64,000 nt of DNA from the NCBI RefSeq assembly GCF_006345805.1, contig NC_043014.1, positions 9,610,001 through 9,674,000 on the forward strand, given 5' to 3'. A program made the position numbers and the translations under genes. This DNA comes from Octopus sinensis (lineage: Eukaryota). The notes beneath the pieces were generated by a model that did not search any database, was not told the origin of the DNA, and worked only from the letters and a program-made list of their open reading frames with translations. The number at the start of each line of letters is the position of its first letter. The stretch's first letter is position 1. Of the stretch, positions 39,183 to 52,712 are shown one piece after another.

Positions 39183-39578
39183 CTAGCAGTATCGCCCGGC
39201 GTTGCTCAGGTTTGTAAGGGAAATAAATATATAAATATTTTTAGAGATGTAAAGTATAATAGCCATCTCAATATGGCTAACCACAAAGGGGGGTGTTACT
39301 GTAGCTTTTTACGTTCTGGGATTTAATAATACATTTTTAGAGAGTTTACTTCCCTTATATAATAGCAAAGAAATGCATTTAAAATGGGGAAAAATGATGG
39401 TAAATTTTTTTTTAAATCGTAGACTCATCGTAGACGCGCACTAATACCCAGAAGGGCTCGATATGAATCACAACTATAAGATACCCGGTTTTGGTTAAAG
39501 TGCACCGCAAAATGTGGGAGTAGTTAGGAATCTAAATCGTAGGAGACAGACACACAACTTCACTTTTATATATAAAGA
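39183..39578 (-). mobile_element. Non-autonomous Helitron-like element
   Basis: Minus strand A|TCTTTATATATAAAAGTG...GCAACGCCGGGCGATACTGCTAG; homologous to 25195-25590. Confidence 0.78.
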
Positions 39579-41450
39579 TATAAACTATGATTTCAAATTA
39601 TTCGAAGCTTGAAACTGCGACCTACTCACTGAAACAAATTGGTGTTGCATCATATTTGATATGTATACATAGTTGTTTTTACATATATATTATTTTATTC
39701 TTAGAACACATAGATATGTGAGAGTGTGCTTAGAAAAATGGTTTTGCACGCTGATCACACGCAACAAGAAACATTCATAAAGACTCCATGGCTTTAACCG
39801 ATTATATACACATACGCCGTAGAACCACCAGAAAAGTGTATTATATTTTCTTGTTTTATACTGAATTATTATGAACTGCTTTCGGGATTTCATATCTTCA
39901 CTCACTCCGAAAATATATGGTATCTATACATTTCATAATTGCAAATAACTGAGGTAGGTGGAGCCTGATAAATGTATATACCTGTGTGTGTATTGCATAA
40001 GTTCCATATGCCGAGATAAATAATTTTTTTGTCCACTTCCAGTACATCCCAAATTTGTGTGTGTGTGTGTGTATAAACATGCATCCTTGCATGCATGAAG
40101 TATTCACAGGTGTATTATATATATATATATAAAGAGAGAGAGCATGAGAGTGAAAGAGAGAAAAAGAGAGGGAGAGAGGGATTCATGTGGGTGCATGCAA
40201 TACGTATGTATATAAGTATATATGTAGCCATGCATATAAAGTGTGAATTTTGTTTGTTTTTTGTATGTGTTGTGATACTTTTGTGTGATGTGACAAATAA
40301 CTTTCCGCGATGTTTTCTTTTATCCCTATATATGTTCATTTTTTTCTCTTTTCAGTATACAACACACAGACAAATTGCAGCCCTGTGGTGTGATATTTCT
40401 ACAGTTTCTCCTTTGATCTCATTAACACTGTTATTGTTCTGCATACACTGAAATGGAACCAGATGTAGTTCGCTTATCTGTGTATCTAAAGAAATAACTT
40501 TGAAATAACGTTGATTGAACTCATGGTGAACTATATGAAGCATTTCCTTGATTTTGGTCTCTATAGATTTGCTGAAATCTTTTCAACTTCGTACGCCATT
40601 AACTTTGAATTGTGTTCCTGGTTAACGGGCATGTTTCAACAGACTTATGTAACCTTTTTGGTACTCAGATATTGACTAGCCTATTGATGCGAATCTTAAT
40701 TTCTTCATTTGTAGGTGCGGTTGTAACTAACCTAAAAGTTAGTTGGAAGTTCTATTCAATATCTTCTTATAGAGATATGGTTGATTACAAAATGTTTATT
40801 AGGCGAGACGTATTTCTGGTCTGTAACGACAGAGCATTGAATCAATTTTCTGTTAGTTAAAATATCAAAACAATGAGAAGGTTGTCGTATCGCATAACAC
40901 TTCAGACGGGTCAGAGTAAAGGTTACTATATTGTACACTTGAGACTGAAAAATTATCTGAATGGCAAATCGTTCAATTGTTATATGGCGGTTACAAAGAA
41001 ATTAATGCGTGTTTATTTCTGCGTTGTGGACATTAGTTATCAACAAAGATAAGACTAGTTACTAATATTTAAATACTAAATTTCTGATGGTTTTCCATTA
41101 CTAAATTCGAAGTGCAGACCATGATATGGAATGCACAATTCAAACATATATTCACCGAAGAAGGTATTAGATTCTGAAAAACATTATTCTTTAATATCTT
41201 TCGCATGTATAAGGCGATGAGCAACAAGGTAGCAGCATCTTGTGTGTTTTATATTCTGAGTTCAAATTCCATTGAGATCAACTTTATTTTCTTTCTTTCG
41301 CGGCCTATAGGATAAGTACCAGTTGAGCATTGGGGTCGATAAAATCGACTTAAGCCACCCGCCAAAATAGCTGTTCTTCTGCCAAAATTTGGAAGCAATA
41401 TCTTTAGTACACACACTCACGCATATATATATATATATATATATACATTA

Positions 41451-41633
41451 TTCAAAAGCAGCAGAAATATAACAAAAGCTGTTACTCAGAGTTTCACGTT
41501 CCCGTTCGTCGGACAATTTTGTTAAAAAAACACTTTTTGTAATCAACCATATTTTTTAAAAATAAAATTGTCCGACGTACGGGAAGGTGAAACTCTGAGT
41601 AACAGCTTTTGTTATCTTTCTGCTGCTTTTAAA
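41451..41633. mobile_element. MITE with ~70-bp TIRs
   Basis: AAAAGCAGCAGAAATATAACAAAAGCTGTTACTCAGAGTTTCAC...GTCGGACAATTTT and its imperfect reverse complement at 41564-41633. Confidence 0.85.
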
Positions 41634-41705
41634 TGAACATATTACCCTATCTCTGGTATTTGAGTACTCTTTTTTCACCTCGTTTCACATTTATGTGCTT
41701 ACTCC

Positions 41706-41771
<66 letters not shown>

Positions 41772-42526
41772 CGTATGTATATGTGTGTGTGTGCGTGTGT
41801 ATGTGTATATATGTATTGTGTATATATATATGTGGGCGCATGGGCTGGTAGTTAGGGTATTTCACTCAATATCTAGTAATCGAGAGTTCAATTCCCGTTG
41901 TGTTCTTTAGCAAAACATTTCATTTCACTTTGCACCAGTTAACTCAGTTCTAATGAGAACCTTACAATGGAACACTCGTCAGATCATGAGGAAATGATAC
42001 GATGCTCCCCTTGCCAGCGCAGTGGCATCATTTGAAAGCTGAAATATTATAGTTTTATTTTGAGCCAGAAATAACACTATAACTGATGCTATATTGTTGA
42101 TAACTAGTTTTCTTTTCTAAGATACTATTCGTTATCTTTAGAATGAACAATGGTTGGCCGTGGTATCGTGCTCATATCTGTAATCAGCTTTTAAGGATAT
42201 TAGTGAAGATTATGATGTTATACTTTGAGTGACAAGCATTTCATTAATCTAGACATAGTATCGTTTTGTATAATTTGATTGTATAGTTTTGTATAGTTAT
42301 GGGTATTGATGTGTCATTTGTATCATTGTAGTTTTGTGCAATGTTCTTTCAGTAAAAACTAATTATTTTTATCAAGTAAGAGTTGCCTATATTTGCTGTT
42401 AAGTACTCCGTAGATATAAGATACTTTACGGAGAATCCAAGTATTTATTCATTGACATTTCTGTATATCAGCGCATTGCTTGAATTCTGAAAATAGTTGA
42501 ATTAATGACGTACGTGTCAACAGATA

Positions 42527-42942
42527 AGGCGGCGACCTGGCAGAATCGTTAGCACGCCGGGCAAAATGCTTAGCAGTATTTCGCCTGCCGCTACGTTCTG
42601 AGTTCAAATTCTGCCGAGATCGACTTTGCCTTTCATCCTTTCGGGGTCGATTAGATAAGTACTAGTTATGCACTGGGGTCGATATCATCGACTTAATCCG
42701 TTTGTCTGTCCTTGTTTGTCCTCTCTGTGTTTAGCCCCTTGTGGGTAGTAAAGAAATAGGTATTTCGTGTGCTGTTACGTTCTGAGTTCAAATTCCGCCG
42801 AGATCGACTTTGCCTTTCATCCTTTCGGGGTCGATTAGATAAGTACTAGTTATGCACTGGGGTCGATATCATCGACTTAATCCGTTTGTCTGTCCTTGTT
42901 TGTCCTCTCTGTGTTTAGCCCCTTGTGGGTAATAAAGAAATA
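42527..42942 (+). mobile_element. SINE A with one head and two near-identical body units
   Basis: Junction AAAGAAATAG|GTATTTCG; both units share GAGATCGAC and GATTAGATAAGTACTAG variants. Confidence 0.88.
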
Positions 42943-43094
42943 GTTCGGATTAACAGATAAACTTGTTACATGTTCTTGGGGGTTAAATTTGTTAACTTCA
43001 GCGCCTTTTGTTCCAGGAGTATTCCCATGCGTTCAGAAACACGAAAGATGCCATTTGGCTCATTCTGTTTCACCACATAACTCTCATAATTTCT

Positions 43095-43290
43095 ACATTA
43101 TAACGCATATTTACAGGAGTGGCTGTGTGGTAAGTAGCTTTCTAACCAACCACATGGTTCTGGGTTCAATCCCACTGCGTGGAATCTTGAGCAAGTGTCT
43201 TCTGCTATAGCCCCGGGCCGACCCATGCCTTGTGAGTGGATTTGGTAGACGGAAACTGAAAGAAGCCTGTCGTGTATATGTATATATATA

Positions 43291-43338
<48 letters not shown>

Positions 43339-43546
43339 TTGTGTGTCTGTGTTTGTCCCCCTAGCATTGCTTGTTAACCGATGCTGGTGTGTGTTTACGT
43401 CCCCATCACTTAGCGGTTCGGCAAAAGAGACCGATAGAATAAGTAATGGGCTTACAAAGAATAAGTCCCGGGGTTGATTTGCTCGACTAAAGGCGGTGCT
43501 CCAGCATGGCCGCAGTCAAATGACTGAAACAAGTAAAAGAGTAAGA
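43095..43546 (+). mobile_element. SINE family C
   Basis: Full-length match. Confidence 0.88.
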
Positions 43547-43950
43547 GAGAGAGGGTATTTACAAAATAAATTCTCTACATAAATTCTAAAATAAATGTAC
43601 ACTGATGGATCACACCAATAAAAGCGATCCTCACAACGTTCATCTTTCAATAACAACAGCATTTATAGATTCGCTCTTAACCCATCGTAATCCCTACCTG
43701 TAATAACACGATAAAACTTGCGCAAATTCTATTTATTATAGAGAGATATTAAATCTTACTGTAACACATGTGGTAAAATATAGAAAGTTTTTCTCCTTGC
43801 AAGACACCAATCTTTCGACAACAAACATACATGTGACAATATATTTTGAAGTAAAAAAATCATTTGCCGAGTTTATACAGAAATTGCATAACATCCGTTA
43901 GTCTACGATTGCCGCTTTTAGATATTAACTTTGCTAACGAGGCAATTCAC

Positions 43951-43999
<49 letters not shown>

Positions 44000-44132
44000 T
44001 ACATTCATTCACCCGCACATTATATGTGAGTATATATCATGGTATCACTGTATTAACCAGATTTTTGGATTTTTCAGAGTGTTCCTCAACAAACGACTAT
44101 GACAACTGGCCTGAATAATGTACGTCATAGGA

Positions 44133-44453
44133 GCACAATGTCGGTTACGACGACGAAGGTCCCAGCTGATACGATCAATGGAACAGCTTGCTCGTGAAAT
44201 TAACGTGCAAGTGACTGAGCAATCCACAGACACGTGTACCACTAACGTAGTTCTCATGGAGATTCAGCGTGACACAGAGCGTGATAAGGCTAGCCCTTTT
44301 GAAATACACGTACAACTCACGTTTACCAGTTGAGTGGACTGGAGTAACGTGAAATAAAGTGTCTTGCTGAAGGACACAACGCGTCGCCAGGAATCGAACT
44401 CACGACCTTACAGTTGCGAGCCGAATGACGTAACCACTAAGCCACGCGCCTTA
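44133..44453 (-). mobile_element. Chimeric SINE: B head with D tail
   Basis: Minus strand AAGGCGCGTGGCTTAGTGG...GAGTTCGATTCC, then the D-type tail CGTCGTCGTAACCGAC. Confidence 0.8.
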
Positions 44454-46339
44454 CGTCAAATACTACGAAAGTTAATACCATCTTTACAAACCTACTAGTA
44501 GTCCAACTGAACTCATTTGTTCTATTACATTACTACAAAGCGTCAGTGCATTTGACCAGCATATCAATGTGATTTTCACAGGAGTATATCGTGTATATTC
44601 TATAGATATTATTTTATATGTTGCATGGGGGCAGGCCTAGACGACTGCGTAAGCGTTCTGCTTCCCAGCCATGTGATCTTGTGTTTATTCTCACTGTGCT
44701 ACACTTCGGGCAAGTGCCTCTTAATATAGCCATGAGCTGTCCAAGACGTGCAATTAGATTCAGTAGATGGAAACTGAAAGAAGCTCATCATACATGTGAG
44801 TCTGTATGTGTGTGCGACTGTATGTATATGAGTATGTCTTCGTGTTTTCTTGAGTTTTTTCCTCACTCATCCATTGAAACATGGTGTTAGATTGTTTAGG
44901 AACCCGTAACTTTGCGGTCTAAGAACAGTGACAATTAGAATAAATACTAGACTTCACAAAATAAGTATTGTAATGATTTGTTTATCCAAATCCCTCAAGG
45001 CGGTATACCAGCACGACCGTAGTACAATGACTGGAATAAGTAAATAATAAAAGGGAAAAGATACGGTGAAAAATTTGAAGCAATATTATAGATATTACAT
45101 GGTTTCTGTTGAACGATTGATTTGGTCTTCGTTTTAAAGGAATGCAATTGAGAAAACACGAAGAGAATAAAATTAATAAACAATATCTACTTCGGTGAAG
45201 AAACACATAGAACAGAATCAAAACAACGGTAAATAGATAGAAATGACTGAACAAGATAGCGTACAATACATACATCAATTTCAAAGCAAATATGATAGAC
45301 ATATTGCACTTAAACTAGAAAATATTTAAGTGCAGAAGATAAGCTAATATTCATCGATTCTACAGCTGTCCCGATAACAATTTATAGTTATTCCCAAACG
45401 GCGGTTAAATTTATACGACCAGACAAGAAAGCAAAAAATTTAAGACTGCATTTTGAATGCACTACTGGAACTCAGACAAGGAACGATGAATGTTTCCAAG
45501 AATTCGTTTAGACAGGTGGTATATTCTGCAAACAGTAGTTTATTATATACTGTCTACTACATGAAAGCATGACAAGAAAAGCGTATTGTAAAGACTAAAA
45601 AAAGAATAATACAAAAAAGAACTAGAAGATATTTCGAAAATACAAAATTAGTTCTGTATTAAAAGAAACGAGCGAATATCGAACAATGGTTGAAGTAAGA
45701 TACTTTTATGAGACAACTGGGAAATAACAATGCAAAGTTGATAAAATGTCTTAAAAATTAATTTTCATATGTTGCTACCAATCGTCATATACAGATGGTG
45801 CCCGCAATAAATCTTGGAGTAAGCCAGATATAATTGAACAAAAGAGTAGGGGATAAACAAAAATATGAAGAATTGGTGATATGTGGAGCAGGTAATTTTG
45901 AACCACAAAATTGTTTTGCGATATCAGAGCTAAAACGTTTCTCTTAGAACAGACAAAAACAATGAAAAGAAGAGAAACAAATTGTGTAACAGTGAATAAA
46001 TATTTAGAGATTTTGTGGAATCGATCACTTTCTTTCTTCAGAAACGAATATGCTTAGACTATAAAAAAATTGTATGCTTCAAAAATACTGGACATTATGT
46101 CAGCATTGCGCAATATTCTCAGGATCATATCCTATAAATAATGAAAATCTAGATGGAATAGCAAACGAGAAGACAATGGTATTCGGAAATATGGTAAATA
46201 TCCAAGATTGACAATATCGTGGCAGTGGTCAGATATTGTTATGAAGGTAAATAGAAAATATTTTAGCTGAACAAGAGATAAGAAAATACGATGATCATCT
46301 AAACTGACACAGATATAGTTATATCTAAAATCTGGAGAT

Positions 46340-46653
46340 ATAAATATCTGGACATATAATATATATATATATATATATACATATAAATTAAATATATATC
46401 TATATATATAATATATATATATATATATACATATAAATATAATATATATATATATAACATATAAATATATATATATATATACATATAAATATGATATATA
46501 TATAATATAAATATATATATATATAATATAAATATATAATATACATATAAATATATATATATACATAAAAATACATATATTATATATACATATAAATTAT
46601 ATATATATATATATACATATAAATATATATATATATACATATAAACTATATAT

Positions 46654-46687
<34 letters not shown>

Positions 46688-47010
46688 ATACTATATATAT
46701 ATATATATATATATATAGATAATATATAAAATATAATATAATATTAATTAGAGACAAAACCACTATTTTGCAAATCAAAAAAGAAAAGACTTAATCAATA
46801 CATAAAAAATTTTAATATAAAGTAAATAAATCGCCACTACAATAAATATAAATATATATATATATATATATACATACATATAATTATTATATATATTACA
46901 TATAAATATATATATATATACATATAAATATATATATATATATACATATAAATATATATATACATATAAATATATATATATACATATAATATATATATAT
47001 ACATATAAAA
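46340..47010. repeat. Imperfect (TA)n/ACATATAAAT tract containing a pLTR-end fragment at about 46745-46850
   Basis: Direct reading; ATTAGAGACAAAACCACTATT matches the 15.2 kb and 56.6 kb family. Confidence 0.8.
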
Positions 47011-47539
47011 ATAATAGTTATCGCCATACTAATATGGCATTCTTATAAAAATAAGAAAAAAGCTGTCCGCTTATTAGCTCCATCAGGCCATCGCCTTAAG
47101 TTAGCTATTTGATACACAAACTGTATCCATATAACCTTCGAACAAGGAGGTCAGTCGCTCCACACTACTTGACCGGCAGCTACAGACGGCTTCGGGGTAT
47201 TGCCCCTTTTCAATGCAGCGTAGCCAGCCAGTAGGTGTCGCTTCGACATCTCTGTTCGATGGTTTTATTTACCTAGTTTCGGTGGAATACATCCACTTGT
47301 TTTCAATAATAGAAATATTAAAATTACTAAGTCTCTCTAAAAGGAGAACAGCGGCAGCGTTCCCGGAAAATAATAGTTATCGCCATACTAATATGGCATT
47401 CTTATAAAAATAAGAAAAAAGCTGTCCGCTTATTAGCTCCATGAGGCCATCGCCTTAAGTTAGCTATTTGATACACAAACTGTATCCATATAACCTTCGA
47501 ACAAGGGAGGTCAGTCGCTCCACACTACTTGACCGGCAG

Positions 47540-47579
47540 CTACAGACGCGTTTCGGGGTATTGCCCCTTTTCAATGTAG
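47540..47579 (-). ncRNA. Minimal type I hammerhead ribozyme, U3-A8 variant
   Basis: CTACA-TTGAAAA-GGGG-CAATA-CCCC-GAAA-CGCG-TC-TGTAG; predicted cleavage 3' of 47545. Confidence 0.75.
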
Positions 47580-47820
47580 ACGATGGGGTGCCGATTGTGA
47601 ACCTCTGTATTACTGATAAATTAAACACTATACAGTCAAGAGATAACGTTCTAAATTTAGAAATAAAATCTTTTCTCCCTGCATCCACAAACAATATCTT
47701 GCACTCAAATATCATTTTAATATTTCTATTTTTGAAAAGAAGTGGATGTATTCCACCGAAACTAGGTAAATAAAACCATCGAACAGAGATTGTCGGAAGC
47801 GACACCTACTGGCTGGCTAC

Positions 47821-47862
47821 GCTGCATTGAAAAGGGGCAATACCCCGAAACGCGTCTGTAGC
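47821..47862 (+). ncRNA. Minimal type I hammerhead ribozyme, U3-A8 variant
   Basis: GCTGCA-TTGAAAA-GGGG-CAATA-CCCC-GAAA-CGCG-TC-TGTAGC; predicted cleavage after 47856. Confidence 0.75.
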
Positions 47863-48089
47863 TGCCGGTCAAGTTGTGTGGGAGCGACGACCTCCCTTGT
47901 TCGAAGGTTATATGGATACAGTTTGTGTATCAAATAGCTAACTTAAGGCGATGGCCTCATGGAGCTAATAAGGACAGCTTTTTTCTTATTTTTATAAGAA
48001 TGCCATATTAGTATGACGATAACTATTAGTTTCCGGGAACGCTGCCGCTGTTCTCTTTTAGAGAGACTTAGTAATTTTAATATTTCTAT

Positions 48090-48446
48090 TATATACATAT
48101 AAATATATATATACATATAAATATATATATATACATATGATATATATATTATAAATATAAATATATATATATATATTATATAATATATATATATATATAT
48201 ATATAATATATATATATATATTTTGTGAAAAAGAAGTTCGAAAATGCTGCTGTATTATACAATTTTTAATTTTATATATAAATATGTATATATAAAAATT
48301 AAAAATTGTATAATACAGCAGCATTTTCGAACTTCATTTTTCACAAATATATACCTACTCGTATACGAGCTAACCTATTATAAATATATATATATATATA
48401 TATTATATAATATAATATATATAATCTATATATACATATAAATATA

Positions 48447-48498
<52 letters not shown>

Positions 48499-48613
48499 AT
48501 ATATTTATATAATATATATATACATAGAAATATATATATACATAGAAATATATTATATATATATATACATAGAGAAATATATATAGATAAATAGAAATAT
48601 GTATTATACATAG

Positions 48614-48675
<62 letters not shown>
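48090..48675. repeat. Imperfect (TA)n tract with a small embedded inverted duplication
   Basis: GTGAAAAAGAAGTTCGAAAATGCTGCTGTATTATACAATTTTTAATTTT and its reverse complement at about 48295-48345. Confidence 0.8.
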
Positions 48676-48676
<1 letters not shown>

Positions 48677-49157
48677 AATGAACCCACCGGAATCTACCCA
48701 GTATTCACTCTTATTGAGTGAGAAAACGGTATGGACGATTTTTGGAGTCTAATAATACCCTGTACGCCTATTTGATAATGAAGATTTACAAACATACTTT
48801 CCCAGTTATACCCGGTTTACCTACCATTATAAACAATACCAAATGTTCTTTCTCAAACCTTTCATAATGTGATACAAGTCTTTGGTGTAGCAATTGCATG
48901 CGGCTGAAAAGGGCTTTTAAACTATCTGTTACGTCGATTATACATTGATGTAAGAATAAGTTGTTTTATAAAGCTCGAAACATATGTATCGCGCCAACCT
49001 TTGTGTCCTGTTTTTCATTTATTTCTTTTGATACATACATCCTCTCACCTATGCTACTAGCTGGCATATACAGGTGCTTACATTTATCAAGTATTCACCC
49101 TGAATTTATATATATATAATATATAATATATATATATATATATATTACTATAGATAA

Positions 49158-49512
49158 TGGCTGTGTGGTAAGAAGCTTGCTTCCCAACTCATGCTTCCAC
49201 CTTTGTCAAGTGCCTTCTACTATAGCCTCGGCCGATAAAGCCTTGTAAGTGGATTTGGATTTGGAAGACGGGAACTTGAGAGAAGCCTGTCCTCTCTCTA
49301 TATGTGTGTGTGTGGGTACGTGTGTGCATGTGTGTGCATCTTTGAGTTTGTGTTCGTCCGCCACCACCGCTTGATAACCAGTGTTGTAGTGTATATTTTC
49401 CGTAACCTAGCGTTTCGGTAAAATACGCCGATATAATAAATGCTAATTTCAAAAAATAATACCTCAAGACGGTGCACCAGCATTGTCGCAGTCCCATGCG
49501 GGAAGCAAGGAA
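49158..49512 (+). mobile_element. Diverged SINE C-like copy
   Basis: GGCTGTGTGGTAAGAAGCTTGC head with a degenerate body. Confidence 0.65.
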
Positions 49513-49531
49513 AAGCTAAAAATTATATATA

Positions 49532-49608
<77 letters not shown>

Positions 49609-49664
49609 TAGACTGTCAAACAACCTGAGTGACTGACAGATACACATACAGACTTACACATAGA

Positions 49665-49679
49665 TAGCTAGATTGAGAA

Positions 49680-49736
<57 letters not shown>

Positions 49737-49737
49737 C

Positions 49738-49773
<36 letters not shown>

Positions 49774-50038
49774 TAATAGATAGATAGATAGATAGACAGA
49801 TAGATAGATGAATAGATAGACAGATATGTTTCTTTATTAGTCACACAGGGTTGCACACAGACGGGACAGATTACAAAGTAGAGCTTTTCTTTTTTGGGGA
49901 AGAAGAAAAAAGTGGGGTAGGTTTTCGATCAAATTGGATCATGAAAGGGAAAGAGGAAAAAAGAAAAAAAGGGAAAGAAACAAAAGAAAAGAGAAAAAGG
50001 AGAAAAAAGAAGACAGATAGATAGATAGATAGATAGAC

Positions 50039-50077
<39 letters not shown>

Positions 50078-50080
50078 CAT
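49665..50080. repeat. (GATA)n arrays
   Basis: Direct reading at 49665-49830 and 50015-50080. Confidence 0.95.
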
Positions 50081-50129
50081 CACTCACATATTAAGAAAAA
50101 ATACGTCCAATACAATAGAAATTAGGACA

Positions 50130-50890
50130 AACCTAAATCTAATAGCAAAGAGTTGCAGATCTTAAAAATGGAAAAAGAAAACATGTGGAAGAAAATGACG
50201 GTAGTTCCAAGATAAGATAATAAAACTTATTGTATGATGAAGAATATATGAATATATTACGCGATTTCTGAAGTAAAGCTATATGGATATCACACTGTAC
50301 ACCGCCATAGTTGAAAAAACCGTTTCTAAATTGAGCGGTTAGAAATTTGAGATGTTTTTTTGTGGTACCAAAAGAGATATATTTATTCAAATTTTACTTG
50401 AAGAAAACTGAGTATCCGCCGTAAATGGAATCAACCAGGAAGCAAAATGACGATGTGTAAAAGAGAAAAATTATTTAGGCAACCAGGAAAAGAGAACAAA
50501 TAAGATTTAGAAATATTAAACAAAAAGACTTAAAATCAAATTAACCTCAATATGGGCAATTATTATTATTATTATATCCTGAATCAAAACCCAAATTAAA
50601 TTAATTAGTAATCAATATATTGGTACTTGTAACCAATATTTATCTGCGCCTGACATCCAATGGAATAAAATTTAGAACAGAGATCTTGTAAATAATACAA
50701 TAATTTCTATTAATTCAATCTACAAATCTAATCTATGTAAATTCAATTTGCATTCCTAAATAAACCGATGGACAAGACGTCGTATCCAAATGTTGTCTAT
50801 GTATTCCTTGCAGTTAAACGAAATATATACACCCTGAAGATGCAAAATACGATATTCTAAGCAGCTGTGAAACATGGAAATTCTATAATG
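50130..50890 (+). mobile_element. Possible highly decayed Penelope-like element
   Basis: A NVVY-like peptide (GIY-YIG start) near 50790 and a degenerate CTGAAGA...GAAACATG motif at about 50830-50880. Weak. Confidence 0.3.
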
Positions 50891-51086
50891 TTAATTCAAT
50901 ACAAAGAGATCAAAGGAAGCCTAATCAGAAATACGTACATTAGGTACAATGGCATAAAAAAGGCAACAGACATATAACAAAGAACACCGAGTAAGTGCAA
51001 TCGCAAGAACAAACACAGATAATACGTTAATGAAAATATGTCTATGAGCACGCACGCGGGCATATATATAAATTTCGTACATATAT

Positions 51087-51239
51087 AGGCGCAGGAGTGG
51101 CTGTGTGGTAAGTAGCTTGCTAACTAACCACATGGTTCCGGGTTCAGTCCCACTGCGTGGCATCTTGGGCAAGTGTCTTCTGCTATAGCCCCGGGCCGAC
51201 CAATGCCCTGTGAGTGGATTTGGTAGACGGAAACTGTCG

Positions 51240-51282
<43 letters not shown>

Positions 51283-51550
51283 TATGTATGTGTGTGTATG
51301 TGTTTGTGTGTCTGTGTTTGTCCCCCTAGCATTGCTTGACAACCGATGCTGGTGTGTTTACGTCCCCGTCACTTAGCGGTTCGGCAAAAGAGACCGATAG
51401 AATAAGTACTGGGCTTACAAAGAATAAGTCCCGGGGTCGATTTGCTCGACTAAAGGCGGTGCTCCAGCATGCCACAGTCAAATTACTGAAATATTTATAT
51501 ACTCTTTACTCTTTTACTCTTTCAGTTATTGGGCAAGAGTAAAGAGTATA
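51087..51550 (+). mobile_element. SINE family C
   Basis: Full-length match. Confidence 0.88.
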
Positions 51551-51714
51551 TAAATTTTCGTACATATCATTATTAGGCGTAGGAGTGGCTGTGTGGTAAG
51601 TAGCTGATACAGGTACACAAGCAGCATTGAAGATAATGATGAATATATCGATGGATATATCGAAGAGTAGGAGGTGAAAGACCCTCGTTATAGGGTTTGA
51701 AACCTCATCTTACT

Positions 51715-52072
51715 CTTTTACTCTTTTTTTACTTGTTCGAGTCCTTTGACTGCGGCCATGCTGGAGCACCGTCTTTAGTCGAGCAAATCGACCCCGGGAC
51801 TTATTCTTTGTAACCTCTATGTGACGGCGACGTAAACACACCAGCATCAGTTGTCAAGCAATGCTAGGGGGACAAACACAGACACACAAACATGCACACA
51901 CATATATATATATACATATATACGACGGGCTTCTTTCAGTTTCCGTCTACCAAATCCACTCACAAGGCTTTAATCCGCCCCAGGCTATAGTAGAAGATGC
52001 CACGCAGTGGGACTGAACCCGGAACCATGCAGTTGGTAAGCAAGCTACTTACCACACAGCCACTCCTGCACC
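51715..52072 (-). mobile_element. SINE family C, inverted relative to its neighbours
   Basis: Reverse-complement match. Confidence 0.88.
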
Positions 52073-52339
52073 TCTTATTGTATTATTTGTAGTTTATAAA
52101 CTCAATTCTGTGTTTAAAAAAACATACATGTTAAGTAAGAGGTTTTAGTGCCTCCTTCTTGTAAGAGATTTGAAACCTCATATTGATTATTTTAAAAAAG
52201 AGAAAAATCCAATCGGCGGGTGTTGGGTTTCATCTCTCATTTATTTATTTTATTTCATTTTCATTCAATAATGTGTTTGTCCAGCCCGCAAAGCTACACA
52301 CTCTTTGTACTGTCTATAATGACAAATTTTATGAAATAA

Positions 52340-52712
52340 AGTAGCTTGCTTACGAAGCACATGGTTGCGGTTTCAGTTCCACTGCGTGGTCATTTGGGCA
52401 AGTGTCTTCTACTATAACCTCGGGCCGACGAAAGCCTTGTGAGTGCATTTGGTAGACGGAAACAGAAAGAAGACCATCGTATATATGTATGTGTGTGTAT
52501 GTCTGTTTGTCCCCCTCCCCCCAACATCACATGACAACCGATGCTGGTGTGTTTACGTCCCCGTAACTTAGCGGTTTCAGCAAAAGTTACCGATGGAATA
52601 AGTACTAAGCTTACAAAGAATAAGTCCTGGAGTCGACTTGCTCGACTAAAGGTGGTGCTCCAGCATGGCCACACTCAAATGACCGAAACAAGAAAAAGAG
52701 CTAAAGAGTAAA
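52340..52712 (+). mobile_element. SINE family C
   Basis: Family match, 5'-eroded. Confidence 0.8.

Larger units (their letters stand above)
47011..48090. mobile_element. Penelope-like element: ~1.6 tandem 360-nt pseudo-LTR monomers (minus strand), 138-bp spacer, one inverted monomer (plus strand)
   Basis: ATAATAGTTATCGCCATAC at 47011 and 47370; TTTTAATATTTCTATT at 47715 and 48075. The right block is the reverse complement of the left. Contains hammerhead motifs. Confidence 0.85.

Noticed and set aside
45400-46330. Purine-rich stretch suggestive of a decayed LINE (similar impressions at about 1.7-2.05, 32.3-32.8, 40.3-40.8 and 63.0-63.8 kb)
   Set aside because: I could not recover diagnostic motifs by eye; it needs a profile or TBLASTN search.
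48935-48995. GAAACATATGTA resembling a hammerhead 3' half
   Set aside because: No valid CUGANGA or UUGANAA core upstream; at most a decayed remnant.
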